Assembly: GCA_009859145.1 (NCBI GenBank)
Contig: VRVR01000013.1
Coordinates: 210,786 to 274,785, forward strand
From: Andalucia godoyi And28
Lineage: Eukaryota; Protista; Jakobida
Reading direction: 5' to 3'
Length of the DNA stretch: 64,000 bases
Position 1 is the stretch's first letter. Every line of letters starts with the position of its first letter. The notes under the pieces are model-generated. The model saw only the letters and a program-made list of their open reading frames with translations, was not told the DNA's origin and did no database searches. The translations under genes and the position numbers were made by a program. This document shows positions 1-12,300 of this stretch, piece by piece.

Positions 1-145
1 TCAGACTTTGGAGAGAACATCAAAGGCTCTCATTGAGAGTAAGAATTCGCAAATCAAATCATTGCAAAACCAGGTAGATTCGCTTTCTCGAAAGATCGAA
101 ACTTTACATGTAAAGCAGGGGCATCCTTGAACTTTTTCTCCTCGA

Positions 146-1468
146 TCAAGGCTGTGGAAGTCCCCAAAATCGTCCTCTGCAATCGTGCGAACACGAGAAA
201 AAGGCCATTTCAGTGGGTGATGCTGCGATCCAGCGGATGTTTGCAGTGTGCCCGGAGAGAACAAACACCTTCTCTGATGTTCTGACGTTCCAGACGACAA
301 TCGAATTGGTACGCTCGTCTGTAGAAAACACCAGCTGCTCGTTAAATGACATTGTCGCGACGCAGGGATGTTTGGCAACAAAGTTCCTTGATGAATTGGA
401 CGACTGGATGTTGGACAAGTTGAATTCTCGGACAGGGGCAGGATTTCCCGATGAGGTTAGGAGCGAACGGATGTCGAAAAGCCTAGCCACACCATCTCGC
501 CCAGAAGTCAGGAGGAAGCGACCTGACTTTGACCAGCAAACAGAGTTGACTTCAAACCCGCCATGAATACGTGGCATTTCAAAAGCCAATTCTCCAGAAA
601 CCGTCCCCCACAACTTGACGACGCCGTCTCTGCCAGCGGTCGCAAAGAGCTCGGCAGTAGGAGAATACCGGACACAACCGATACCGGGATACGCATGTCC
701 CACTCCCTTCGTTGCCTGGTACCGCACTTGCTGACTTGATGCAATGTCAATGAGCACAAGATCGGAATCAGAGCCAGCAAGCAAAAAGTCTCCTGATGGG
801 TGGATATCGAGCGTCTTCACACTGGTGGTGTTCGTCTGATAGGAGCGAAGCTTTCCTCTTCTGCTCGAAGCACTTCGAGAACAGTCAAAGACCAACACAG
901 ACGAATCATCCGAAGCAGAAAACAACAGCTGTTCTCTTGGATGAAACACAACTTCGTTGATTGGTTTTCCGCGTTCAAGGTCTTTCCAGGTTGCAATAAC
1001 AGGATGTTTGTCTTTTGAAGAGCTGTCGCCACGATCGTACGTCCGGACTTTCTCGACATCAATAAGCTTGATACTCTGATCGGATGACCCCGTAGCGCAA
1101 AGTCTTCCATCGGCACTGAAAGCACAGGTATTGATTTCTCCTTGATGGGTCGTGAGATACCAGGTTGAGAAAGATGACGCTGGCAAGGAGAGACCGACAG
1201 AGGAGCTTTCGTCCAGAACTTCTTCAACGCTCGTGACTCCCGAAGAATGCAAGGCGCTTCCATTTCCACGCTGCGCTTGTTCCAGAGCTGACCTTTCGCG
1301 ATGCACACTGAGGCCTTCTTGAACTAAGGAGGAGAGAAACCCGGTTGGGACAGACGGATCTGGGGTGACCATCGTCGCTGCGGATACCTGCTGAGCGGCT
1401 CCTACGTAGCCATCCGCAAGCAACTGCGCAATGATCAGCTGATACAAATACGCAGACCGAGTAGACAT
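146..1468 (-). CDS. CSTF1: Cleavage stimulation factor 50 kDa subunit (CstF-50), WD40 protein
   Basis: N-terminal LYQLIIAQLLADGY matches the CstF-50 dimerisation motif, followed by WD40 repeats (ATGSSDQSIKLID, ATAGRDGVVKLW, LTSGRDGVARLFD, GHTANIRWIAASP). Confidence 0.93.
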   Translation of the reverse strand: MSTRSAYLYQLIIAQLLADGYVGAAQQVSAATMVTPDPSVPTGFLSSLVQEGLSVHRERSALEQAQRGNGSALHSSGVTSVEEVLDESSSVGLSLPASSFSTWYLTTHQGEINTCAFSADGRLCATGSSDQSIKLIDVEKVRTYDRGDSSSKDKHPVIATWKDLERGKPINEVVFHPREQLLFSASDDSSVLVFDCSRSASSRRGKLRSYQTNTTSVKTLDIHPSGDFLLAGSDSDLVLIDIASSQQVRYQATKGVGHAYPGIGCVRYSPTAELFATAGRDGVVKLWGTVSGELAFEMPRIHGGFEVNSVCWSKSGRFLLTSGRDGVARLFDIRSLLTSSGNPAPVREFNLSNIQSSNSSRNFVAKHPCVATMSFNEQLVFSTDERTNSIVVWNVRTSEKVFVLSGHTANIRWIAASPTEMAFFSCSHDCRGRFWGLPQP

Positions 1469-1770
1469 TATTTACAATGAGTTCACACAGCCACGGGACA
1501 ACGATCGCTCACCGAATCAATATTCAATTTCTACAATAATTCAAGAAGACCGTCCTCTTCACGCGCAGGCTTATTTGCCGTCGACCGCTTTTTTTTTTTT
1601 TTTTTTGGTGCAGAAATGTCGCAGCATGATGTGTACAGCAGTTGGAAGAGTGAGAAACTGATGCCAACCACGAGGGTTTCATTTCGACGTGGTGACGAGT
1701 GCAGAATGCTGGGTGTTACGGAAGATTCTTCTACTTCGGCAAATATTCGAACCGCTGCACAACTCGGAAA

Positions 1771-2415
1771 ATGCTGGAAGACGTTTTGGAGCAAGATCTC
1801 GAAGTGAAACAAGCTCTGTTTCGGCTGGAGCAGCTGCTCAAACGTTCGGAGAGTCTTTCGTCGAACCGAACGCAGTCCGCCGAGGCAAACCTGATGCACA
1901 AAGCGGGAGCACCCGAGCCGAGAACCGAGAATGTGCAAAAATCCGAATGGAAAATTCACGGTTTTTTGGATGATCGTGGTCGACGCAGTTTCGAGAAGCA
2001 GTCACCACGAGAATTTGAGTCGAGCCGATCTTCGTTCAGTCAGCGCATGATGAAGGATGGCAGCGCTGCGGGAAAGCCCCAAGGATCTCTTGCAGAAAGG
2101 CTCAGTGGGGGTGGTGATGATTTCGGTCATGTGAACTGTGGAGGAAAAGAGAAAAGAAGACTGGAAAAGAAAATAGAAATTCTCCAACATGAAAACAGGC
2201 TTCTGAGTTCGAGGTTGACGGAAGCAGAAGCTGCGATGGAGCGAATGAAACACCGTCGGTCAGAAGTGCGAAATCTGGACCGCGAAAAAGCATTCCAACA
2301 AATGATTCGAGTAGAAGCAGAGCTGATTCGCTTGCAGGAGGAGTTTGGAAAACTGAAAGCCAGACTGTGCGTTCCAAAGAAGGCGGCAGCGTCCAAAGCC
2401 AGAGCATGGAAGTGA
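1771..2415 (+). CDS. Hypothetical coiled-coil protein
   Basis: Open frame 1699-2415; likely ATG at 1771 (MLEDVLEQDLEV); heptad-like E/K/L/R-rich segments; head-to-head with CSTF1. Confidence 0.6.
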   Translation: MLEDVLEQDLEVKQALFRLEQLLKRSESLSSNRTQSAEANLMHKAGAPEPRTENVQKSEWKIHGFLDDRGRRSFEKQSPREFESSRSSFSQRMMKDGSAAGKPQGSLAERLSGGGDDFGHVNCGGKEKRRLEKKIEILQHENRLLSSRLTEAEAAMERMKHRRSEVRNLDREKAFQQMIRVEAELIRLQEEFGKLKARLCVPKKAAASKARAWK

Positions 2416-2804
2416 CTTGATTTCATCAAAACGTCTGTCGAGCGTGAGGACACTACACATTCAAGAACTCGAAGACGGAGCAAGATGGCTATAGAAAAGA
2501 GGATGCTGTGTGCTGTCGTTCTGGCTCGATACTGCGCAGTCCGCACAGTGAAGCGTGAACCCCCCCTCCCCCTTTGCAAGCCTTTGGCCTCCAAAAAAGA
2601 AAAAGAAAAAAAAAAGACGCCGGCTGTTGTAGATCTTCTTTTCTTTTTTTCCCTTTTCTGTTTTTTAGAGGTGAGAAGCTCCTGAGTTGAAAGAGAAAAT
2701 TCGCTGCTTCAAATCCCTCCGGACTGTTGCTGAGTGCTAGGCAGGTGTTTCTTCTTTTTCTTCTTCGAGACAGCTTTCCTGCTTGAGAAGGTATGGTAAA
2801 GTGG

Positions 2805-5508
2805 ATGAGGTGTTTCACTCTTGTGTTTCTAGCATGTGTCATTCTCGGTTTGACTAAAGCGGCTTCCGCCGTGTATCAAGAGGATGCTGGAAATATTGAC
2901 AGGTATGATATCCTGTATTTTTCTTTCTTCTGGTTTATTACTTGTCATTGATATACATATATCGTTGTATTCCTTTTTGCCGCTATTTCTTCATTGTTCT
3001 TGTTCAAGCTCATGTTCTCACGGTGATTTTCGTAGACTGCAATCTTACATTGGCCGACCGGTGTTCGTGGAATCCGATAGTACACTCGGATATGCATACA
3101 CTGTCACGGATCAGGGAGCCATTGCTGCGTTGAAGACCGCAACTGGGGAACTGTTGTGGAGAACGATTCTTCCTCGAAACGAGAATCCGCGCATGTTGGT
3201 AGTCGATGCATCGTCGCGCCTTGTTGTTGTTTCGGATACGTCTTATTTTACTGGTTCAACTGTCTGGGTTCGAAAACTGGACCCTGCAAACGGCGCCTTC
3301 CTTTCGGAAAAGTCATTTGACGGGACCTTCTTAGATGCAGATATTTCCTCTGGTAACGTTCGATTGTTGATGTCTTTGGGGGACTCTGTATTTGCTTTCG
3401 AAGAAGTTCGATCTCCCCAGTGGAAATTTGCTTCCGCAGTGGTCCTTTCCAAGTCGTTGAATGGACGGTTTCTTACAGGTCAGTCTCGTGCTGCTATTGA
3501 AATGGTCGAGAACAGGAAAGTGATGGTGTTGGATTTTGCCTCTGACACTATGATCCCATCCGACAGTACTTCTGCATATGGTGCTGGTGTACTTCCTGTC
3601 TTGGGACGACACCTTCTTTATTTGTCTTCTGCGAGTCAGGTCAATGTCAAGAATTTGGTGTCTGGTGGCGACGTCACACCTGTGCTTCCGATGTGTGTCT
3701 CGGACATTTCTGTTTTAGTCGAATCGTTTCCGTTTGTGTTGATTCGGTGCGCAGGGACCTCTAATGAGAATCTTGCGTTCGTCCTGAAGTTCGATGACTC
3801 AAAGCTCGATGTCGTCGAGTCATTTTCGGCGCCCGGCAACATCGCGTACGGCGCAGTTGAGGGGGGCCTTGTTGTTCATGCTCAGGCAGAATTGAAGGTG
3901 TACGGTTTTGGGGACACGCAAACTCTTTCTTTTCCTGTAGAAGAACCCTTGGTGCGTCTGTTTCCGTCTGTGCGATCGACTTCTGATAAGAGACGCCTGC
4001 ATGCGATTTTGCTGGTCTCTCAGGACGCGTCAATTTCATATGTTTCGCGAACATCTTCTGCATTCATCCGTTCTTGGAAGCGTTTCGAAGGACTTCCCTA
4101 TACTCGCGCCCAAACAGTGATTCCGATGTCTTCTGGTCTACGTGGATTGGTTGAATCGTTGAACGTTTCCCGTTGGAAGAGTGTCTTTTCTTCTGTTTCG
4201 GAATCTCTGGACAATGCGGTTTTCGTCGGTCTCACCTCACAAGGGCTTCTTTACGGATTGCACCACGGTAACCCCATTTTCCAGATTTTCGTTCCACGTT
4301 TCTCAACGGTCCCTACCAACGCTGTTGATTATGACGTGTGGTTGTTGTCTGATCGACCTCGGTCGAGGTTGCATGTCGCGCTGTCTACCGATACGTTTTC
4401 GATGCTCGCTTCCTTCGATGCGCAGACCCTGCGACTGCTCGAATCGAAGAGCTTCTCGGCACAGCCTCTATTGCATGCGATGTTGTCCGACAAGGGTGAT
4501 TTCATTGCCATTGATCGAAACCGTCATGTGAGGGCGGTTTCATCGGCAACTGAATCTGCGAAGAGGCCCTTCTACGTTGTCAGTCCCTCCACTGCAGAGG
4601 TCCTGGGATTTGAAACAGGCAACCCACAGCCAGTGTGGTCTGTCCCGTTCTTTGGGGAGACACTGGAGGCATACGCTGTCCGTGGCAGTGATTCATTGCA
4701 CAGTTCCGATCGCGAGATCGTCTCTGATTCTGCCTTTGATCTGGCAGGAGATAACACGTCGTTTTCTGCGTCACGTGTTCCGAAGGTACTAGTTCCAAAC
4801 CTCCTTGTTTTTGTCACTTCCTCGGTTGTCCAAAGACGCACTGGTGAGCAGTCTGTTTGCTCCATCTATTACATTGATGCCGATTCTGGAATGCTACGTG
4901 ATGGAGTCACACTCTCCAATGCTGTTGGACCAGTGCGGATGGCTGTCTCTGAAGAAGTTACGGTTGTGTTTTACACTAATTCAAAGACTCTGCAGCAGGA
5001 AGTGTTTGTCTCTCGGCTGTTCTATGACTCTCCGGATTCTCGCCCGCAACTGCGAAGAGATGCCCGCGCGTTTCTGTTCCCATTTCATGTGGAAGCTGTA
5101 GGTGTTTCCAAAACTCAGCATGGCGTCACCGTCAAGGACTTTTTGGTGCTCACGTCAAAGGGACAGCTTGTGGAGGTTTCTCGTCGAAATCTCCTTTCCT
5201 TTAAGGTGCTTGAGGATCGAGGTTCTGTAGTTCCTGTTCGTCACCAAGATATTGTATCGTACTCCAACAAGATTAACAGGCCAAAGTTCGTCCTCGCTGA
5301 AGGCACTCGACTGGAGTCGACGTCTGTGGTCTTTTGCGGCGGGCTTGATTTCTACATGACGTTGGTGCAACCAAATAAGGGCTTTGACCAGCTTGGTGAA
5401 GGGTTTTCCAAGAGTCTTCTTGCTCTTTCGCTCTGCATTATGGGGGCGGTGAACGTTGTGCTCAAAAAGCTATCCAGTCGCCGTCGTGTACAAAAGGAAT
5501 GGAAGTGA
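2805..5508 (+). CDS. EMC1: ER membrane protein complex subunit 1; join(2805..2902,3036..5508)
   Basis: Exon 1 encodes signal peptide MRCFTLVFLACVILGLTKAASA then VYQEDAGNID; splicing gives ...AGNIDRLQSYIGRP, matching the EMC1 N-terminal EDQxGxxDW..YVG motif. C-terminus RLESTSVVFCGGLDFYMTLVQPNKGFDQL + TM + KEWK is typical of EMC1. Confidence 0.9.
2903..3035 (+). other. Spliceosomal intron in EMC1 (133 nt, phase 2)
   Basis: AG|GTATGA donor, CGTAG acceptor, T-rich interior; removal restores the frame and adds the signal peptide missing from the ORF-track start at 2884. Confidence 0.8.
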
Positions 5509-5695
5509 GAAGATTATCATTAAAAATTGAGTCGCTTGAGTTCGTGTACGTTTTCCCAAGATGTTTTGCACTCCGTGGGTTGCTTGGCTTTCTGTGCGCT
5601 TTCTGGGCTTTTCCCTCCGTTTCTTTCTTCTTTTTTTTATTATTTAAATTATTTTCCCTTCTCCTCTGGCAGCAAGTTCGGCAGAACAGTCAGAA

Positions 5696-6295
5696 ATGAG
5701 TCGCATTTCAGAACCCACGCACATGTCGGGGCTTGAATCGATCTTGTCGAAGGCGGAAGAACTAGACTATGACGCCGCTTGCTTTCAAAGGGTCCCTCCT
5801 TCCGTCATCAACAGCAGTCTTGGAATCACTGACATGGTGGACGATGTCTTGAGTGTCCAGTCAGAGATTTTGCAACTATTGTATTCGCAATCAGAGTTAG
5901 GCCTGTTCGTTCGCACCAGCTTTTTGACTCAGCCTTCGCACCTCAATCTACGCATCGATGAACTTCAAATGACCATGGATTTGCTGTCGTCCGTTCTGAG
6001 TAAGCGACACTATCTTGTAAGCAGGTTGCAATCCCCCATCACAGATGATGTGCTTCCTGTGGAATGGGAGTACCGAGAAAGCTTCCTCAGTGCCATATTC
6101 AAAGCCTTTTCGTTCCAGGACGAATTTCGAGAAGTCATGTCCATTCTTCAAGAATTCAAGTCGGCCGAATACCCTTCTGCCGATGTGGATGCTCGGCTTC
6201 GTTCGCTGAAAGAAGGGCTTGTGAAAATGCAACAGTATCACGATCTGTTGCTTGCAATTCGGGGCTTGGTCGACGATTTGTACACAAAATCTTGA
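5696..6295 (+). CDS. HAUS2: Augmin/HAUS complex subunit 2-like
   Basis: LSSVLSKRHYLVSRLQSPITDDVLPVEWEY resembles the conserved HAUS2/AUG2 segment (L..VL.....L..RL..P.....LP.EA.Y); about 200 aa fits. Confidence 0.72.
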   Translation: MSRISEPTHMSGLESILSKAEELDYDAACFQRVPPSVINSSLGITDMVDDVLSVQSEILQLLYSQSELGLFVRTSFLTQPSHLNLRIDELQMTMDLLSSVLSKRHYLVSRLQSPITDDVLPVEWEYRESFLSAIFKAFSFQDEFREVMSILQEFKSAEYPSADVDARLRSLKEGLVKMQQYHDLLLAIRGLVDDLYTKS

Positions 6296-6313
6296 TTTTC
6301 GACCTTTGTAGTC

Positions 6314-6450
<137 letters not shown>

Positions 6451-6902
6451 TTTCTTGGATTTTGAACCGGTAGCGAGCATGTGGGTATTAGCACCCATCG
6501 TCCTGCACGCATTGTAGCCCCATGCTTTATCCCTTTATCCCACTCGCCGAGACATTTCAGTCTTTTCTGTTTCCGTTCCTCATTTTTTAATTCTTCCCCA
6601 GTCCATCGTCATTTGTTTTTTGTTTTTATTTGTTTTGTTGTTGTTTTCTGTTGTGTCTTTTGTTTTGGTTTATGCAGCTCAGCATTAATCAATAGAATGT
6701 TGTTTCGTCTGGTGTCGTCCTAGGATTGTCCCTTGGGCGTTGGCGATGGGTATTATATCCATTTCTCCTGCGATACCGCAAGAACAACTGATCAGTACTG
6801 GTATGCGAAGACGACTTAAAGCTGACAACTACTGCTGCATTCATTTTACATACTGCACACACTGGAACAAAAATTCTCGTAGACAAATCGGTGTCACATT
6901 CT

Positions 6903-8171
6903 TTAGAAAGAAACGGCCTCGCCGACGGAAGCGAGGACAGCCTTCTTGAGAATGCCCGACAGCTCAGATTCGATTCGCTGAGGAAGTGGAGTCTTGTGCT
7001 GTGCGTTGTATTCCTTTTGGATGGCACCCCAATCGACTCCACGACGACGAACAACAGTTCGGATAAGAGCGGCTTCGTCGCATCCCAAACCCTCCATTGC
7101 GTCTTCCAACTTTGTGGCGAAGAAGTTGGCCTTGTTCATGTTGAACGCAAGGATGGATCGAAGTGCCTTGTCCATCGAACCAGAGAAGCACTTCGGAATC
7201 GCCTTGAAAAGATCGTGCTGCTTGGGTGAAAGCTCCAGATACTTGCTGTTCAGGGCAGCAAGATGGGCAGCAGAACGGTTGCCGAAAACCTGGATGAACG
7301 GGGCCTCGTCCGTTCCGAGCATCTTGCCCTCTCCTGCGTTGTACAAGTTCATGGCATCCTGCTGGACCTGCTGAACATCCACTGCAGACGATTCGTCACG
7401 CTGACCAAGAGAAACAACAGTCAAGAGCTGTTTGATGGAGCCAGACAGGACCTTTCCGAGCTTCTCGCCAAGAGTGTTCTTGGTATCGAGCTTGCTGTAC
7501 GCAGCAATAAGTGCCTTGATTTCCGCATTCGATGACGAGCACAGAATTTCGACAATGACGTTCTCGTCGGTTGACAAGCCCTTCATCGCTTCATCGAGCA
7601 ACTCTGCCTGGTACACAACAGGGTCTTCCAGAAGAGCGAGAAGGAAGGTGCGGAAGTTGCCCGAGGTGCCCTTGGAAATCGACTTCACGGCATCCTTTCC
7701 ATAGTTGGACATGTACACCTGCTTGAAGATCTGAAGATGGGCGTTCGAGCGCGGTGCAATCACCGACGCAATCTTTGCGTCATCCGTCAAGAGACCAGAG
7801 AGCGCGCTGTAAACCACCGCTGCATCATCAACTGCTTGCTTCTTGGCTGACTCCTCAAGCTTGAGCGCCTCCATTGCCTTGCGGGCGGCTTCCTGCTTTG
7901 CCTTCTGCTCAGCATCCTTCTCGGCATTCTGGGCATCCTTGATGTTCTGCAGTTCCTCCTGGGCAGACTTGAGCGCATTTTGAACGTCCTGCAACTGCTG
8001 GCGAGCACGTGAAAGATCAAGCTCAGACTTTTGAAGAGCCTTCTTGGTGTTCTCAAGCTCACGGCGGGTCTGCTCATGAGCCTGCTTCTCGCTCTCCAGA
8101 GCCTTTGCATCCTTGTCAAGACCAAGAGATGACTGAAGCTTATCAGAAGTGGATTTCAAGAAATTTGCCAT
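6903..8171 (-). CDS. Annexin with N-terminal coiled-coil extension
   Basis: Annexin repeats (AMKGLSTDENVIVEIL, AGEGKMLGTDEAPFIQVF, AMEGLGCDEAALIRTV, ESELSG) preceded by about 110 aa of K/E/Q/A-rich heptads. Confidence 0.93.
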   Translation of the reverse strand: MANFLKSTSDKLQSSLGLDKDAKALESEKQAHEQTRRELENTKKALQKSELDLSRARQQLQDVQNALKSAQEELQNIKDAQNAEKDAEQKAKQEAARKAMEALKLEESAKKQAVDDAAVVYSALSGLLTDDAKIASVIAPRSNAHLQIFKQVYMSNYGKDAVKSISKGTSGNFRTFLLALLEDPVVYQAELLDEAMKGLSTDENVIVEILCSSSNAEIKALIAAYSKLDTKNTLGEKLGKVLSGSIKQLLTVVSLGQRDESSAVDVQQVQQDAMNLYNAGEGKMLGTDEAPFIQVFGNRSAAHLAALNSKYLELSPKQHDLFKAIPKCFSGSMDKALRSILAFNMNKANFFATKLEDAMEGLGCDEAALIRTVVRRRGVDWGAIQKEYNAQHKTPLPQRIESELSGILKKAVLASVGEAVSF

Positions 8172-8782
8172 TTTTCAAAGAGTGCGTTCAATTCGAAGAG
8201 TTTAGAACAACCAAGAATACGACGAAGAAAAGAGAAGAAGAAAGAAGAAGAAGAAAGAAAAAGATGAAGAAGAAGAAGAAGAATGAATGGAGGAAAATGT
8301 TGAGGAAGAAACGATTGATCTGCACGAAGAGCTGGCTGGCGGCGGAAACTTGACGCCGGGGGGGCAGTTGGCAATGCGCTGATTGGGAGAGCCCCAGAGG
8401 ATTCTCCTTTCCGAATCGGTGATGTGTCGGACCAGATGGCAGATGCCCGTACAACGCATTCAGAAGCCCACCCGATTGCTCATCGACCTAGTGCGCAAAC
8501 CGCCGCAGAAAGAAAAAGAAGAAAAAGAGTTGATAACGAGCTATACATACAAAGAACGGGGGGGTTTGCAAAAACACTCTGGTTTTGGGTGCTTTTTTGT
8601 CGTTGTTTTTTTCTTTTGTCTTGAGCTACAGTGCTTGTTGATGGTTTGAACAGGGACCGGATTTTATAACAGCTGATATGAAAGTTGAGTGATGACCGTT
8701 TTGCATTCAATTGTCTCTCTCTCTTTTTTTTTTTTTTGGGCTCAAGACGACCCACGGGTGACTGCGCTGCTCGATCTGAGTT

Positions 8783-8822
8783 TTGTTTGTTTGTTTGTTT
8801 GTTTGTTTGTTTGTTTGTTTGT
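8783..8822. repeat. (TTTG)n microsatellite
   Basis: Tandem TTTG units read directly; a similar run lies at about 57022-57060. Confidence 0.95.
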
Positions 8823-8924
8823 TGTGTCGCTTACCCTGTAAAAATAGATATGCATTCGTTTGTGCTTCTCTCTGTTTGTACGTATTTTTTCCCCCATAGT
8901 GAAACACGTTATTAATTAATCAGT

Positions 8925-9289
8925 CTGGTTGCTGGGGCTGCAAACCCCGTGGGTACGAGTTGCCGAAACGCTTGCAAAAATGGCACATGTTCGTCAGTGC
9001 CCACCCACCCAATCCCCGTCCCCGTTCAGACCCGGTCGGCGGTCGGCTCAGCAAAGTGCAAAACTGCGGGCCGTGTAAGCAAGCAGAAGAGTGTCGAGGC
9101 CTGTCAAAGACTGACGTGACAGCGGGATGATTGGTTCTGAAGTGTTCAGTTTGCTCAGACGTCGCCTCCAATGAAACCGTCATTGGGTCACCGTTTCCTA
9201 CCCTTTTCGTGTTTTCGGAAAAAGCCCAAAAATCATGGGACCTTTTGGCGGGCTCACCCAGTTCAACCAGTCCCCAAGCTTAATTTTTT
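8925..9289 (+). ncRNA. Candidate structured ncRNA, unassigned
   Basis: CTGGTTG-CTGGG (8925-8936) pairs with CCCAG-tt-CAACCAG (9257-9270); internal hairpins such as CCAATGA-aaccg-TCATTGG (9168-9186); T6 at 9284-9289; no credible ORF. Confidence 0.35.
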
Positions 9290-9375
9290 CTTAAACGACG
9301 GCATCTTCTGTTTGTGGGAATTTTAAGTATCAAATTTTCTTGTGCTTTCGGTACGTGTTGCTGCTGGCCTGCGTC

Positions 9376-12300
9376 ATGTCACACAGTGAAAATACTCGGG
9401 ATATCCCGCAACGACCCACGAGTCAATCCAGCAATTCCTCTCAGCGGAACTCTGGAGTGGATTCCAAATCGGAATCGAGACTTGCGTCAGCGATTCAGAA
9501 AATATCCGGCCAGAATGAGAAAATCGCTTCCGACCATCGTTTGGCAGCGGCAGAGAAGACGCGAAAGCATTCTTCTTACGAGGCCCCCTTGCAGAAGGTC
9601 CCTAAATTGCTGCACGCCCGAATTCCCGGTACGTTGAAATCCATGCACTCCTTAAATGACTCTGCTTTCAGCACGTCTTTTTTTGCCGATCCTCCTGTAA
9701 TGCCATCAAGAAACATTGTTCAGCTTCTTGATAGAGCTCGGTCCCCAACAGATGTGTCTCGTGTGCTGAATTCTTCTCACGGAACCCGTGCTCGATCCGT
9801 GGACCCATCCAGCTCCACTTCGTTTCGGGATGGTGCAGTCGTGGACTATGGTGGACAAGGTTTGCTGGAGAATCGTCCGTCGTCTCGTTCTTCTGTTGTT
9901 TCTTTGCTTCGAAGGAATTCTCTGTCCAGAAATCGAAATTCGTCGAGCCGAGGGTCTGTCCGTCCTGGCACTTCCGCCGGAAGGCTTTCTGAGGCGCCAT
10001 CATCTTTCATCGATGTTTCCAATCGCCGGCTTCATGAAAAGAGCGCTGCTGCCAGCTCTTCCAGCTCTGTCATACGTGGTCCGCGCTTGACAGAACGGAT
10101 TGGTTCGAATTTTTCTCCAGCGCTCGCGGGATCTTTAGCGACGGATTCCAGTGTGTCTGTCGACGAACTCGATATTGTTGATCAGGTGATGGCACACCTT
10201 CCTTTGGAATATTTTGACGATCCCGATTATGAGACAATGGATCTCACCCGGATTATTTCCGAGGCAAAGGAAAATGGGATGTCTGTGTCGGGCTTCACAA
10301 AGTTTTTCAGAAATGACGGAGAATTTAGCTGGGAGCCATGCTGTATTGTTGACTTTGATGCCGTTGAATCGCTGTTTCATGTTGTTTTCACAGAGTTCAG
10401 AGACGTTAATGGAAACTGTCTTTCCAAGAGTGTTCGCCGGCTGAATGTTCGTCTTGCGGATGAATCGGAATTCTGGTTTGCGAGTCGCGTGGCGTCCGCG
10501 GAAGGGTATCGTGTGGAATTTGAACAACAGCTGCGGACCCAAATGTATCTTGATAGATTACCTGACGAGCTAGTAACGCAGTTCCCACAGTCTTTTCTTG
10601 AAAGCATTATCGAAAGGTCTAGAGTTTCTCGATCTGTTCCTAAATCACTGCGTGCGTTCACGGAAAATTTTGTCGATGAGATGGTGATTGATTTCTCTCG
10701 CGCGGTGAAGAAAGCTCACATTGAGTATTGTCGTTTATCAGATCCCGATCTTGATCGAGAGTGTCGAAAATTGAATCTTCTTCCTATTTCTACTTTTGTT
10801 TCGGTTCATCGCGTGCCTGCACCGTTTTCTACCGTTCTTATGGTTCCTGGAATGGGGCCAGAAGTGTTTGAAGGGAAAAGACGTCAAGTGGACGCAGCAT
10901 TTCTGTTGGAACCAAAAGTATTCTCGTGTATTTCGTCGCTGCAAGATTATCTTCGACAGATTCGTCCGCTCATGTTTCTTCCTCGCTTTCCCGAACATCT
11001 CGCGCAAGAGGATAACACAGCTGGAATCCGAACAGTCAATTGGTTTGATTTTGAGAAGCTACAAATTTCCCAATTGAAAGAGAACATGGCGTTGCTTGCG
11101 TCGGATTGGGCATCTTCAGCGGAGAGTTTGATTTTGGAGTATCTCTTCGATGACATTGATTTTTACGCACAGGAAATACCGAGGTTTCGCACCACTGCTG
11201 CTGGTAAGTTGGAAAATTTTGTGTATTTTCTGATGCGCAATACTGTCCGTCGGTTTGTAGATGATACATTGCATGTTTTTCATGAGTTTTTCGCGCAATA
11301 TTCTTTGGATTCTGCAGCGACGGCACCTCCATCCCTAACCTCCATCCCATTATTCTATATGGTGGTAGGGAGCGAAAATGTCTCGGACGGAACGTCAGTG
11401 TTGACGTTTTCTCCGTCGCTGAATGCAATGCAGGCGACAGTAGAACGTTATCTTGCCGATCTGTGCCATCTTTCGGGTACGTCATTCCTTCGAATGGACA
11501 GCATTCTCTTTCCAGTAATGGGCTTTTCCAGGTCGTTCATTCCATCTGCAGAGGTCTCCGATGCAAGTGTGGTAACGGTGCGTGATGCGGTTGCAGCTAT
11601 TTTGATGCAGAATGTGGATGCCTTGAACGAGACCTTTTCTCAGCTGAAGGTTCTTGTTGATGCGTTGAGTGCAGACTGTGAAACGTTCTGTGAAAAATTC
11701 AAAGGAATGGACATCCGAGACAGCATGCAAGTGCAACGTCTATGTGGGGAACTTGAGAGAATGAGGGAGATCTCCGTGAAAGTTCGGTTTTCTCTTTCCA
11801 GCACGCTCCCGTGCAACATGTTTTTTGTGGACTGCACCAAATTGAAAGATGATTTGTATAAGCGTGCTGAGCTGCTCATCCGCTCATTGATTTGCTGCTT
11901 CCAAGACAGCATCATGTCCGAGTCAAGTCGCATTGTGGTTGAAAGCGATGCGCTGAAACAGAGGATTCTCACCATCCCGAAGGACCCTGAGGATATGGTG
12001 CTGATTCAACGCTTCGTGGAAGACAACAGAGGTGCGATGGCTCAAGTTCGAACAGACGTCAGAAATCTTCAAGAAGTCGTTGACCTTTCTGCTGCGTATC
12101 ATTGTGAGCTTCCTGCAGAACCTTTGAAGGCGTTCTTCGCTGCGCTCGAGTGTCCTCTTGCGTTGTCTCGATCTGTTGATACGGCAGCGGACATATATGA
12201 AGAAAAGAAATCCGAGTTCATTGACCAACTGTTGAAAGATAATGTTGAGCTGACAGGCGACTTTGACAGTGTGGTCGTCGAAATCGATAGCTTTGTGGAG

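Noticed and set aside
1-381. 126-aa minus-strand ORF at the window start
   Set aside because: Overlaps the CSTF1 3' end in another frame and has no recognisable motif.
9197-9204. CCUACCCU as a telomerase template for TAGGG repeats
   Set aside because: Only 8 nt with period 5, easily chance, and the telomere repeat is unknown; kept only as a test under the ncRNA finding.
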